IMG/VR virus record: IMGVR_UViG_2848581113_000005
Coordinates: 1-64,000 of that record
DNA length: 64,000 nucleotides
Direction: 5' to 3' (one strand)
Origin: a virus
Lineage: Duplodnaviria; Caudoviricetes
The notes under the pieces are model-generated. The model ran no database searches. It was not told the origin of the DNA and saw nothing but the letters and a program-made list of their open reading frames with translations. The first letter of the stretch is position 1. Every line of letters starts with the position of its first letter. Of the stretch, positions 19,363 through 28,688 are shown in pieces. The position numbers were made by a program, and so were the translations under genes.

Positions 19363-20742
19363 TTAGTCAAATTGAACATCAAAAGGTTTATTATCTCTAG
19401 CTAACTCTAATAACCTTAATGCTTCTCTTGAATATTTACGAGTAAAGCTTGATTTGCCTGTTCTTACCTTTTGATGATATATGTTATCTGTTTCCTTTAT
19501 ATCTTTCCCTGTAGCTTCTTTGATTTTTTGTATTAATTGATTTACGTAATTCCAATTACGATATCCAAGGGACTCTGCTAAAGACGTCATTGTAAAACAA
19601 TAATTAGCATTAAATAAATCTAACGAATCACCATCGGTAATTCCATAAACTCTTTCTAATTTACCATCATCTAAGGCTAACTCAGTCAACCTAGTATAAT
19701 CAATAGAAACTGTATTCATGGGTATGTCAGAGTTAATCAGCTTATAGTTTCTTGCTAATAATGCTCTCAATACCTTAGGATTAACATTATCCATTGCTGG
19801 ATGAGCAGCAAAGGCTTCAAACACCCATTTAAAATCATTAGATACTATTCTTTTTATTCTTACATGCTTATTATTATCAATATTAATCATCGCTTCTCTG
19901 GCAGGATAAGAGTTTTCATCTATTTCTTTATCTCTATTTAGTATATAGATGTTAGGAATCAACTCCCCCTCTTCCGATAGGATTTCATCTATATCAGACA
20001 AAATTCCTTTTATATTTTCATCCTCAATACTATAACCAATAAATATTAAAGGATGTTCAGCAAAAAAAGTTAATAATTTAGCACTAAGGTATTTTTTCTT
20101 ACTCAAAAAATCATCGTAATCATTTCTATTGATAACAATTGATGCTGGCTCATTACAAGAGCCATGTATTTTAAATATTTCTCCAGTGCTACTATTAACT
20201 AACCTTATGATTTTTTGTCCAACTATAATTTCATGGTCAGGAAAAATTCCATCAATTATATTGTCGTAATTAGTTGTTACAATGGAGTGTGGATGAATGG
20301 ATTTTAATGATTTTATTTCATCAGCAAACTCATTTTCATCAATTATTTCCAGACGATTAAAAAAATCGGCTATTTTATACTTCAGGTATATATCTCCATC
20401 ATAACGTTCACTGAATAATTCTTCAGGAAAATTAGACTTCCCTTCCGCCCAAGCCCAATCCCTATAAGCATCTGACAAGATAGTTCCAATGTCTATTAGT
20501 GACTCATTTTTTTGTGTGTAATACGCGAATGGACGCTTAATTTCTGGACATTGCTCCATTAAATTTTTAAGCAAACTCTCCCAATCTGGTCCGTTCGCGT
20601 ACCTTCTTGTCAGGCCTGAACCAATAAATAGAATTGGCTGACACTCAAGACTTTCTAGGCATGCTTGAATATCATCCGTTACATCTAATTGATATTGCTT
20701 ATAATCTCTGTTCATAGGATTTATCATTGATAACGAATACAT
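19363..20742 (-). CDS. SIR2-like (SIR2_2) domain protein, moron
   Basis: ILFIGSGLT, TTNYD, KIHGS and FIGYS motifs; AT-rich; start uncertain (20742-20790). Confidence 0.85.
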   Translation of the reverse strand: MYSLSMINPMNRDYKQYQLDVTDDIQACLESLECQPILFIGSGLTRRYANGPDWESLLKNLMEQCPEIKRPFAYYTQKNESLIDIGTILSDAYRDWAWAEGKSNFPEELFSERYDGDIYLKYKIADFFNRLEIIDENEFADEIKSLKSIHPHSIVTTNYDNIIDGIFPDHEIIVGQKIIRLVNSSTGEIFKIHGSCNEPASIVINRNDYDDFLSKKKYLSAKLLTFFAEHPLIFIGYSIEDENIKGILSDIDEILSEEGELIPNIYILNRDKEIDENSYPAREAMINIDNNKHVRIKRIVSNDFKWVFEAFAAHPAMDNVNPKVLRALLARNYKLINSDIPMNTVSIDYTRLTELALDDGKLERVYGITDGDSLDLFNANYCFTMTSLAESLGYRNWNYVNQLIQKIKEATGKDIKETDNIYHQKVRTGKSSFTRKYSREALRLLELARDNKPFDVQFD

Positions 20743-20840
20743 AAGATAATCCTCTCTATAAATATTTAGCCTGTCTATTAAGATTAGCAATTTTTGCTAG
20801 GTATCACACAGAGTTATCCGCTCTTCTTAATCTCTATACC

Positions 20841-21293
20841 TCAAAATTGGCATTCGGCCATACTCCACTCCCTTAGTCCGAGGAATTGGGCTTCGAGGGT
20901 TTCTAGTTCTCCGAGGAGATGTACATAATCCTGTTCAGCGTCTTTCGCCAGTTTGGCGGGTCTTGAACCACCCACGCTGGAGGTGGTAGTGGTTTTAAGC
21001 ACTGGACAGTTGGCTTTGACGTACACGCGCTGAGTATTGGCACGAAGATCATTACTAAGCTGATTAATCTTAGATTTGGCATTGGCGAGTTCCTGAGTGT
21101 ATTTGCTATCCAATTCATGCAGCATTTCAATATGTGTGTTCTGGTAGTTAATGGTATCGTTCAGTTGCTGGATTTCTGTTATCTGGCCGTTATTGATGCC
21201 AAGCTGTTTCTTATATCCAGAGCGGTATAAGAAGGCTGCTGCTGAGGCAATCATCAACGCAATAACCGTACCCTTGGTGAAATTGAGCTTCAT
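20841..21293 (-). CDS. Rz-like i-spanin
   Basis: N-terminal TM and coiled coil, VYVKANCP; follows the endolysin. Confidence 0.88.
   Translation of the reverse strand: MKLNFTKGTVIALMIASAAAFLYRSGYKKQLGINNGQITEIQQLNDTINYQNTHIEMLHELDSKYTQELANAKSKINQLSNDLRANTQRVYVKANCPVLKTTTTSSVGGSRPAKLAKDAEQDYVHLLGELETLEAQFLGLREWSMAECQF
20903..21082 (-). CDS. Rz1-like o-spanin embedded in Rz
   Basis: Lipobox ILSAC, Pro-rich PLPPPAW. Confidence 0.82.
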   Translation of the reverse strand: MPNLRLISLVMIFVPILSACTSKPTVQCLKPLPPPAWVVQDPPNWRKTLNRIMYISSEN

Positions 21294-21724
21294 GATAAAA
21301 ACATCTGGCGTTCAGATGCCCTGCGATTATCCAGCCCACGCAATACCTTGCCTGCTGCTTTATTCCACCGAGGAAACTCTGCCGCTGCGCCTTTATAATC
21401 ACCTTGATTAAGCTTCTTCAATAGCGTGGAGCCAGAAAAGTTACCACTGCCACAGTTGAATATAAACGAGCACAAAGCATCGAACTGGCCTTGACTCAAA
21501 GGGACTTTAACCCTTTGTATTAATGTGGTGTAAATAGATTGGAGATCATCCCGTAAGAATGCTTCAGCCTGTGGTTCTGTAATCACATCACCTTTTTTAA
21601 CCCCTTGGGTATGACCGTAACCAATTGTCCACGGGATACCATCGGTTGCCGGATCGGGGTAGGCTTGCAGCTTCAGACCTTCATACTGTTTGATGCACTC
21701 AAGACCTTTATCGCTGATTTCCAT
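21290..21724 (-). CDS. Endolysin, GH24 lysozyme
   Basis: EGLKLQAYPD...WTIGYGHT, QFDALCSF, GLDNRR. Confidence 0.93.
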   Translation of the reverse strand: MEISDKGLECIKQYEGLKLQAYPDPATDGIPWTIGYGHTQGVKKGDVITEPQAEAFLRDDLQSIYTTLIQRVKVPLSQGQFDALCSFIFNCGSGNFSGSTLLKKLNQGDYKGAAAEFPRWNKAAGKVLRGLDNRRASERQMFLS

Positions 21725-22046
21725 CAGAAGATGCTCCCGTTTTTTTCTCTGCCACTTTACGTAATAATTGACCGATAAAGTCCGTCCCCAAGTAACCCAT
21801 CATCACACTGCCGATATAGGCTAAGTCAGGATTCAGACCAAACAGATTTAAGACATCACGAATGAACCAAGCGAACATGGCACACATAAAGGCATCGATA
21901 GAGATTTTTAGCCAACCTCCACCGTTATAGCGACCGCGAAGGAAAGCCATTGTCCCGGCGAGTACCGCCCCGATGCCTTGTTCTTTTATCGATATGAGCC
22001 AGTCACCAAGGTGTGCCCAGATATCAGGATTTTCTTTCATCTTCAT
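21708..22046 (-). CDS. Lambda S-family holin with dual start (M-K-M)
   Basis: Three hydrophobic segments, GYLGTDFI, Met-Lys-Met start. Confidence 0.88.
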   Translation of the reverse strand: MKMKENPDIWAHLGDWLISIKEQGIGAVLAGTMAFLRGRYNGGGWLKISIDAFMCAMFAWFIRDVLNLFGLNPDLAYIGSVMMGYLGTDFIGQLLRKVAEKKTGASSDGNQR

Positions 22047-22211
22047 ATTTCCACCCCATCAGAACAATGGGTGTCCATGGGGTGAGTGATATCAACTCCG
22101 GTGAATTAACTAATAGGTAATTGCCTGATGTAGCTCAAGCAGGCTATTCTGTGCAACAAAAACATTTTTTTGAGGGAAAGGCTGTACCGAAGTACAGCCT
22201 TAAACTAACGA

Positions 22212-23195
22212 CTAAGAATAAACTACACCAGGAACTTTATCTTCGAAGATAAATTCAATCTCTAACGTTTCGCCAATATGTTTTTTAAACAGAGCTCCAA
22301 TTTCATCGAGGGAGTAATTATTGCTTACCGGATAAGATAAGGTACCTTTTCTGCTTACGTGACCATTAAAAATTTTGATTTCTTTGCCTAAGCACCGAAC
22401 TACCAGAATTTTGTTCCCAAATTCTTGTCTAACTGTCTCATTACTCTCTTTATCGACATCTAACTCAACAGACTGAATATTCCCCCAATGTCTACTTTCA
22501 TGACTGGAATAAAAGCCTGCAAGATTCTTTATTGGTGTATTATTACTAATTTCTTCCCAAGCACCAAAATTAAGTCCATCAATAATCTGAGCATAGCCAA
22601 ACAAGTTATCAGGATACAACCTCTCTTCAGCTACGCCTGTACCAATTGTTATTTTCCCTTTTAATCGAAATGTTGAATCTGACTTTACTTCTGGCTCCAG
22701 TTCTGGTTTCAAATCAGGTGTTGGCTCTGGTTTTACTTCTGGCTCAGATTCTGGTTTCGAATCAGGGGTTGGTTCTGGCTTTACTTCTGGTTCCGGGTCT
22801 GGTTTCGAATCAGGTGTTGGTTTCACCTTCTCTTCAAAAAACTGCCAATCACAAGCCATCATATCTTCCTGCGTTGGCTGCCACGGCACAAAGTTACCGT
22901 GTTCATTGCGCATATCGATATGCGTCAAATAATCATATTTAGTCCCAACTGCAACACCACCAACTGCATAAGCACTATCTTTCTCCACAGTTAAATCATT
23001 TACACGTGGAGTGATAACCAGATACATCTCATTATTCCCTTGGCAATTAACCCAAACAGAACGAGTAACACGCTTGCGTAGTTTTAATTGAATCAAAGCC
23101 CAAGAAAAAGAACCCATCGGTGCAATAAAACAATCACACTGATATTGTTTTGGATCAAATGGGCATTCATGTTCAGGCTTAATAAATTCAGACAT
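22212..23195 (-). CDS. DUF2829 (Tad2-like) domain + Pro/Glu repeat linker + unknown C-terminal domain
   Basis: GSFSWAL..KRVTRSVW...WQPTQEDMMACDW. Confidence 0.75.
   Translation of the reverse strand: MSEFIKPEHECPFDPKQYQCDCFIAPMGSFSWALIQLKLRKRVTRSVWVNCQGNNEMYLVITPRVNDLTVEKDSAYAVGGVAVGTKYDYLTHIDMRNEHGNFVPWQPTQEDMMACDWQFFEEKVKPTPDSKPDPEPEVKPEPTPDSKPESEPEVKPEPTPDLKPELEPEVKSDSTFRLKGKITIGTGVAEERLYPDNLFGYAQIIDGLNFGAWEEISNNTPIKNLAGFYSSHESRHWGNIQSVELDVDKESNETVRQEFGNKILVVRCLGKEIKIFNGHVSRKGTLSYPVSNNYSLDEIGALFKKHIGETLEIEFIFEDKVPGVVYS
22684..22825. repeat. Three 48-bp in-frame tandem repeats (KPEPTPDSKPESEPEV-like)
   Basis: TTTACTTCTGG recurs at 22684, 22732 and 22780. Confidence 0.9.
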
Positions 23196-23347
23196 ACTAT
23201 TTCCTTATATTTATAAATAATAGGAAGACAAATTTAATATTTAACTTCCATTCTATGTTAAACATCCTGAATATATTAAACAATTATAATGATTTAATAT
23301 ATCGATTCGCCTTGTGTGGTCATATCTACAATTCACTGAAATCAATT

Positions 23348-24385
23348 TCATTTATTTGTGAATATTTTGATTTCCTGCTCAGTCCGCTTAAACCGTTCCT
23401 CTTCCAGTTCAACACCCAGCACACGACGATTGAGTTTCAACGCGGCTTTCAGTGTTGCCCCGGAACCCATAAAGAAATCCGCCACCAGATCCCCTTCCCG
23501 GCTGCTGGACTGGATAATATGCGCCATCAGGTCTGCTGGTTTTTCGCACGGATGTTTGCCCGGATAATATTGCACGGGCGCAAAATGCCAGACATCAGTA
23601 TAAGGCACGGCAGCTGTCACTGAGAACGAACGGCGCATCAAACCATATTCCTGCCGCAATTCATCATACTGACGCGACAGGGTTAAATGAGAATCCACCA
23701 GATCAGAATACGGGGTGCTCAGTTCACCACGCTGGTGCTTTTCTTTGGCGATACGGTCAAACAGCACCTGCAACTTTTGGTAATCAGTTTCATTGGGTAA
23801 CTGCCACTGGCTATCGCTGAACCAGTGACTGGCCATCTGCTTCCCAGTGGCGGCGTGAATGTCTTTTGCCGTGACACCTAACGTTTTTCGGGCATCACGA
23901 AAATAATCGACCAATGGTTTAAATACTAACTGTTTCAGGTCCTGACATTGTTTGAAATAGCCATCACCTTTCGAGTGATAAGGTCCCTGGTAATGTTCGG
24001 CAAAAATGATGCGTTCGGTGGCTGGAAAATACATTCGCAGGCTTTCTTTGTTTTGTCTGCGCCACGGGCCGGACGGTTTCGCCCAGATAATATGGTTCAG
24101 CACGTTAAACCGTTCCCGCACCAGCAGCTCCGTATCAGAGGCCAGACGTGAACCACAAAACATATACAGGCTGCCGTTCGGTTTCAGTACCCGCCAAAAC
24201 TCGGCAAGCAGTTCATCCAGCCACGCAAGATATGCCGTGACGTCTGCCCACTGGTTATCCCAGCTGCAGTCTTTCACGCGAAAGTACGGCGGGTCAGTGG
24301 CAATTAAGTCGATACAGTTATCCGGCAGGGTTTTGATAAATTTCAGCGAGTCGTCGTTAATTAATGTGACAGGGCTTAAAGGCAC
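23348..24385 (-). CDS. Orphan N6-A/N4-C DNA methyltransferase
   Basis: DPPY, HPCEKP, DFFMGSG. Confidence 0.92.
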   Translation of the reverse strand: MPLSPVTLINDDSLKFIKTLPDNCIDLIATDPPYFRVKDCSWDNQWADVTAYLAWLDELLAEFWRVLKPNGSLYMFCGSRLASDTELLVRERFNVLNHIIWAKPSGPWRRQNKESLRMYFPATERIIFAEHYQGPYHSKGDGYFKQCQDLKQLVFKPLVDYFRDARKTLGVTAKDIHAATGKQMASHWFSDSQWQLPNETDYQKLQVLFDRIAKEKHQRGELSTPYSDLVDSHLTLSRQYDELRQEYGLMRRSFSVTAAVPYTDVWHFAPVQYYPGKHPCEKPADLMAHIIQSSSREGDLVADFFMGSGATLKAALKLNRRVLGVELEEERFKRTEQEIKIFTNK

Positions 24386-24473
24386 AGTAGTTTTCCCTAA
24401 ATCAATGCTGGCGGATTTTCAGGAAAGCCACGGTGAAAAGCGTTAACCTTTCACCGTGTAAGACATCATCCTA

Positions 24474-24674
24474 TCAAGGGTTACGCTTGAAAAACATGTC
24501 ATCGTCCCGGCTTTCCATCAAACCCGCCAGACGAAATTGTGTTAACAATAATTGGCAGCGGGGTTCAGGTAGCCCCGTCAGGGTAGAAACATCGGAAACC
24601 GAGACCCAATCATGCGGGGGAATGGTCTCTAAAACGCAGGCGGCGGATGTTGTCATATCTTCATGTTTTAGCAT
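24474..24674 (-). CDS. Small putative winged-helix protein
   Basis: MLKHEDMT...VSVSDVSTLTGL; lies after the late promoter region. Confidence 0.55.
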   Translation of the reverse strand: MLKHEDMTTSAACVLETIPPHDWVSVSDVSTLTGLPEPRCQLLLTQFRLAGLMESRDDDMFFKRNP

Positions 24675-24853
24675 GATAAATGTAACCTCTTGGTGAGTTT
24701 TCGTGCATAAACACACATGTAACTCTGACCCATGACAACAGCAAGTCTTATGTTTATTTCAGGCATAAAAAAACCCCGCATTAGCGAGGTCTGATAAATC
24801 GGTATATTCAGTGACATTACAATCACGTTATCACAATATACCGACTTTTGTAA

Positions 24854-25252
24854 TTACGCAACCGCTCTAACCAATTCTTTTCGCACACCTTTATTTATTT
24901 CCAACGTCACCCCAGAGACCGCCAGAACGCCTTCGATAAACCCTTCCGCTACCTGTACCCGTTTGGTCACTTCGTTATGGGAAATCCCTAACGGGTCACT
25001 CATCGACCGCAATGCGATCCCTTTAATATAGTGCAGCACAATAAGCTGGAATAAATAAGGATCATGTTGTTTCAATCGCAACACAGCCGCATCTAGCGCC
25101 ATGCCGTCATCATCACAACACGGGGAACGCATTCTCCGGTTACGGGGCAGCAATCTCTTAAATCCGGCAGCCACGGAGGGCCAGTCTACCGGGCTTTTGC
25201 CCTCACAGACCCATGCGCCCCATTGGTTCAGGATCATTCGCATATCACGCAT
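24854..25252 (-). CDS. Late antiterminator Q
   Basis: WGAW...WPSVAAGF...CCDDDG; paralogue at 63551. Confidence 0.88.
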   Translation of the reverse strand: MRDMRMILNQWGAWVCEGKSPVDWPSVAAGFKRLLPRNRRMRSPCCDDDGMALDAAVLRLKQHDPYLFQLIVLHYIKGIALRSMSDPLGISHNEVTKRVQVAEGFIEGVLAVSGVTLEINKGVRKELVRAVA

Positions 25253-25264
25253 TGGTGTCCTCGC

Positions 25265-27160
25265 TTATCCACATTCATTTTCTGTAACATTCTGCCTCTT
25301 CCACACTTCGTCATACTCAGACACCGGCATATTAGCGATATAGTGATAGGGTTCAGCCTGTTCCTGGTGTAAAAACTGATGGGATTTTTTGTCCAGATAA
25401 AGCCCAATACCGCCCTCCCAGCCATTGCCGTTCCGTTGTTTTTCAATCAGTATCATGGCGGCCGGACCGGCCAGTTTTTCCCGCTCCTTATCCGTTAACA
25501 TTGCCCCGGTTTCCTGCTTTTGCAGTACACGTTCACGAGCTTTATTACGCCAGATAATCATCAGGTTGTCTGTCAAGTCGGTAATCGCCCCAGTGCCTTT
25601 GACATCCATCTTCCCCGTCGGTCTCTCTTCACTGTCACCTTTCCGGCTGTGTGTCACCAAAATCACATGGCTGCGGGTTCTGTTTTTGAAGTCACACAAA
25701 GCATCCACAAAGGCTTTCTGTCCATTGTAATCATCTTCCCCGATACCACATTTCATCAGGCTGTCGATAACAAACAGCTGGATACCATAACGACGCTGCG
25801 CATAGTTAAAGATATCAATCACTCTCGCGGCTTTTGCCGTTCCCGTCAGGCCAAATACCCACAGCCGATCATCGTAAAATTGAAATGCCGAGTCGATTTC
25901 TATCACAGGTGGTCTTTCTGAGCAGGCCGCCTGCTGGGTCAGGCGCTTAAGCAACTGCCCCGGTTTCAGCTCGAAAGAAGCCACACAAGCGCGTATTCCC
26001 TGCCCCATCGCTTCACACAGCAAATGCCCGACCATTTCACTTTTCCCATGTCCGTTCACACCATTAAGCACCGTGAGTTCTGACTCGCGAAAACTGAAAT
26101 GAGGGTTCAACATGTCCCACGGTGTTTTAAACAGACAATGTTCCTGACCGTAGAAAGCATCAATCGTGTCCTGATAAAACTCTCTCGCACTGCACAACTC
26201 TTCCGGATCAAAAAAGATCGCCGTTTCAAGACAACGCACCACGTCATCCTGTGTCATACCCGCCTGTAAGCACGCGTTGATATCCTTGTACGGTAACCTG
26301 ACTAGCCGACAGCGATATTCGCCCAATCGGTTGGCAATCTCTTTTGCGGCTTCCCGTCCCACGTCGTCGTTGTCCATTGAGATCCAAATTTCCTCAAAGC
26401 GATCAAGGTTGTGGTATTCAAACTCAATCCACTGCTGCTTGGCGCCCTTACCGCCCCCGAACGGCACAGAAAGGGCCGGCAAACCGTACTGGTGATAACT
26501 CATGCAGTCGATCTCCCCTTCACACAAAATAACTAGCCGGACGTGATTCGGTATCGCCTGCCAGCCAAACAGACAGGGTTCACACTGAGATTCAGCCATA
26601 ATGACTTTCTTGCCATTGGGACGCTCAGTGCTGATGCGCTTGACTTGCAACAACTCCCCGTTTCGTTTGTAAGGAAACGCAATAGCAGGTAATTCTCTGT
26701 TTTCAGCATGAAACCAGACACAGGCATCACCTATCTCAAACGCTTCCGCCGTCTGGCGGGTGATCCCCCGGCTTTCCAGATAGGCATAGCACACGTTGGG
26801 TTTAAAGACATGTTTCGTCAGCCTGTTGCGATCTGGCCGGACAAAGTTTTTTTTCTGCTTCGCGACGAAGTGGTGATCGTCATCCGCAATCCCCAGAAAC
26901 TGTTTTGCCTCAGCCATGGCTTGATGCAGACTACAGTCACGCACCTGCACCCATAAATCCAGCAGATCACCACCGGTTCCTTCTGCAAAGTCAGACCAGA
27001 CTTTCTTGCCGGACAGATTAATTTTCAGGCTTTTTCCCGCTTCGCCATTGACCGATCCCACTACCCACTCATGCCCTTCCCTACGCCCGTCGGGCAGCAG
27101 GTATTTTGTTACCCGCGCTACGCTACCCCAGAGTTTTTCCGATAGTTCTTTTGGTGTCAT
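25265..27160 (-). CDS. Bifunctional TOPRIM primase / SF4 helicase
   Basis: CEGEIDCMS, DND, GVNGHGKS, VIDSL, VTHSRK, VKGTG. Confidence 0.9.
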   Translation of the reverse strand: MTPKELSEKLWGSVARVTKYLLPDGRREGHEWVVGSVNGEAGKSLKINLSGKKVWSDFAEGTGGDLLDLWVQVRDCSLHQAMAEAKQFLGIADDDHHFVAKQKKNFVRPDRNRLTKHVFKPNVCYAYLESRGITRQTAEAFEIGDACVWFHAENRELPAIAFPYKRNGELLQVKRISTERPNGKKVIMAESQCEPCLFGWQAIPNHVRLVILCEGEIDCMSYHQYGLPALSVPFGGGKGAKQQWIEFEYHNLDRFEEIWISMDNDDVGREAAKEIANRLGEYRCRLVRLPYKDINACLQAGMTQDDVVRCLETAIFFDPEELCSAREFYQDTIDAFYGQEHCLFKTPWDMLNPHFSFRESELTVLNGVNGHGKSEMVGHLLCEAMGQGIRACVASFELKPGQLLKRLTQQAACSERPPVIEIDSAFQFYDDRLWVFGLTGTAKAARVIDIFNYAQRRYGIQLFVIDSLMKCGIGEDDYNGQKAFVDALCDFKNRTRSHVILVTHSRKGDSEERPTGKMDVKGTGAITDLTDNLMIIWRNKARERVLQKQETGAMLTDKEREKLAGPAAMILIEKQRNGNGWEGGIGLYLDKKSHQFLHQEQAEPYHYIANMPVSEYDEVWKRQNVTENECG

Positions 27161-27217
27161 GGTGCTTTTCCCTTTAACTTGCTAAATCCATAGCGAATCG
27201 CCAGCCTGTTATCAACA

Positions 27218-27946
27218 TCATCGTTCGATGTAGTAATAGTTCCCATATTTCTGAATGGGAGAATGATCCGGGCTCTGATTTTGTTGTGGCTCCCGCTGAT
27301 ACGTTTTCGCGTTACGCAACCAATTGTTCAATGCCCGTCCCCAATCCACAAACTGACTGCCTTTGCTGGCATGATGGTCAGCAAATTTTAAAAATTCTTC
27401 CCGCAGGTTCACGCCCAGTTCATTAGCCAGTGCCTGATGCTGTGCTGTTGGGAGAAAAATGTTTGGCAAGGAGTGTTTGTTTTCCGTTTTTTGTGACGAT
27501 TTCTCGCAGACGTCTATAACAGGTTCCTTGACTGGTTCAAAAGAGTGACTGGTTCTGGTGCCATCTGGCGGCATAGGGGGTATATCACCTGACGGCACAG
27601 GGGTGCCAACAGGTGGCATAGGTATGTTTTCTGGCGGCACAGGGGGTATGCTTTTTGGTGGCACAGGGGCAGCCGATAAATTCAGGTAATAGACATTCGA
27701 GGCATTTCCCTTACCGTTATGGTTACCCAGCCGGTTTTCCTTGATAAGCAGCCCCATCTCAATCAGGGCATCAATGTGACTTCTCACCGCACTCTTACTA
27801 CATTCGCAATGATCTGCAATGTGTCGGTATGAAGGCCAGCACTCGCCTTTGTCGTTTGCATTATCCGCTAATTTTATAAGCACCAGTTTTCTCAGGGGGT
27901 TTCCTACCCTGATACTCATTGCCTTCGCCATCAGACTCATACTCAT
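27218..27946 (-). CDS. Replication initiator with N-terminal HTH
   Basis: KLVLIKLADNANDKGECWPSY; internal repeats; upstream of the helicase. Confidence 0.82.
   Translation of the reverse strand: MSMSLMAKAMSIRVGNPLRKLVLIKLADNANDKGECWPSYRHIADHCECSKSAVRSHIDALIEMGLLIKENRLGNHNGKGNASNVYYLNLSAAPVPPKSIPPVPPENIPMPPVGTPVPSGDIPPMPPDGTRTSHSFEPVKEPVIDVCEKSSQKTENKHSLPNIFLPTAQHQALANELGVNLREEFLKFADHHASKGSQFVDWGRALNNWLRNAKTYQREPQQNQSPDHSPIQKYGNYYYIER
27567..27667. repeat. Five iteron-like repeats (GRYGGCAYAGG) within the initiator gene, putative ori
   Basis: Copies at 27567, 27591, 27612, 27633 and 27657. Confidence 0.7.
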
Positions 27947-28038
27947 GCCGTTTCCCCCTTACAGTACGCTAAACAACATCCACATGTTCATATCGGACTC
28001 ATCCAAAACGCCATGCATAATCCACCACCGACGGGAAC

Positions 28039-28275
28039 TTATTCATGGGCTTTGACTTCAGGCGTTGGAAAAACTTTAGGCAGATCAGGACGCAGTTCAT
28101 GAGCCAAGACTTCCCCGTTCGAAAAAACTACGATATCAGGCACCAACGACACCGAAACCCGTTTTTTTCCGTATAACCATGCGCTGATGAGAGATTGTCT
28201 GCACCCAAGAACCTGAGCCAGCTTTGTTTGACTACCTGCAATTTTTATAACTTTTTGTATCACGCTGTTTTTCAT
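28039..28275 (-). CDS. Cro/YdaS-like HTH regulator
   Basis: GSQTKLAQVLGCRQSLISAW...ELRPDL; GGAG RBS; divergent from cI. Confidence 0.85.
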   Translation of the reverse strand: MKNSVIQKVIKIAGSQTKLAQVLGCRQSLISAWLYGKKRVSVSLVPDIVVFSNGEVLAHELRPDLPKVFPTPEVKAHE

Positions 28276-28300
28276 TAATGCCTTCTCCAACACTACAGCA

Positions 28301-28373
28301 ATAATCTTATCACTATAGATCAATGTAAATCACTATTGGTGTATTTGTAAAGGTATCACTTTAGAGATAGAAT
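28301..28373. promoter_or_regulatory. OR-like switch with divergent promoters and three WATCACT operator half-sites
   Basis: Plus strand TTGTAA(28345)-N17-TAGAAT(28368); minus strand TTTACA-N17-GATTAT; operators at 28308, 28328 and 28354. Confidence 0.72.
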
Positions 28374-28416
28374 GAGAAACAGATGTTCCAAGACAGGAGT
28401 GCTTGGGCTATATCAT

Positions 28417-28567
28417 GTATTTCACGTAAATGCGGGAATAACAATCACGGTTCGCCGGTGTCTTTACCTAAGCTCACAGATTCCCCGTAAGTACGGGGAT
28501 AACTGAAATCTGGATGCTGCCGTTGCGGGTATAAGCACAGGTTCCCCGTAAGTACGGGGATAACTCA
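28417..28567 (+). CRISPR. Type I-E-like mini-CRISPR array (3 repeats, 2 spacers of about 32 nt), no cas genes in the window
   Basis: Core TTCCCCGTAAGTACGGGGATAAC at 28481 and 28542, and an 18/23 degenerate copy at 28420. Exact 61-bp period; 7-bp stem with 4-nt loop. Confidence 0.85.
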
Positions 28568-28688
28568 CAGACAGTTAGAAGCCAATAATCCTTTTTAAAT
28601 AGTTTCCTCATCGGTACAGAGATTGAACTGAAGAGATAAATTGATTTGTTCTCTGTAAATACGAAGGTAAACCACTCATGAGGCACTT

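Noticed and set aside
22684-22825. 48-bp repeats as a CRISPR array
   Set aside because: They are contiguous in-frame coding repeats with no unique spacers.
23348-24385. Methylase as part of a restriction-modification system
   Set aside because: No adjacent endonuclease; orphan methylases are common after Q in lambdoid prophages.
28474-28686. 70-aa minus-strand ORF over the mini-array
   Set aside because: It overlaps the repeats antisense and has no recognisable features; probably spurious.
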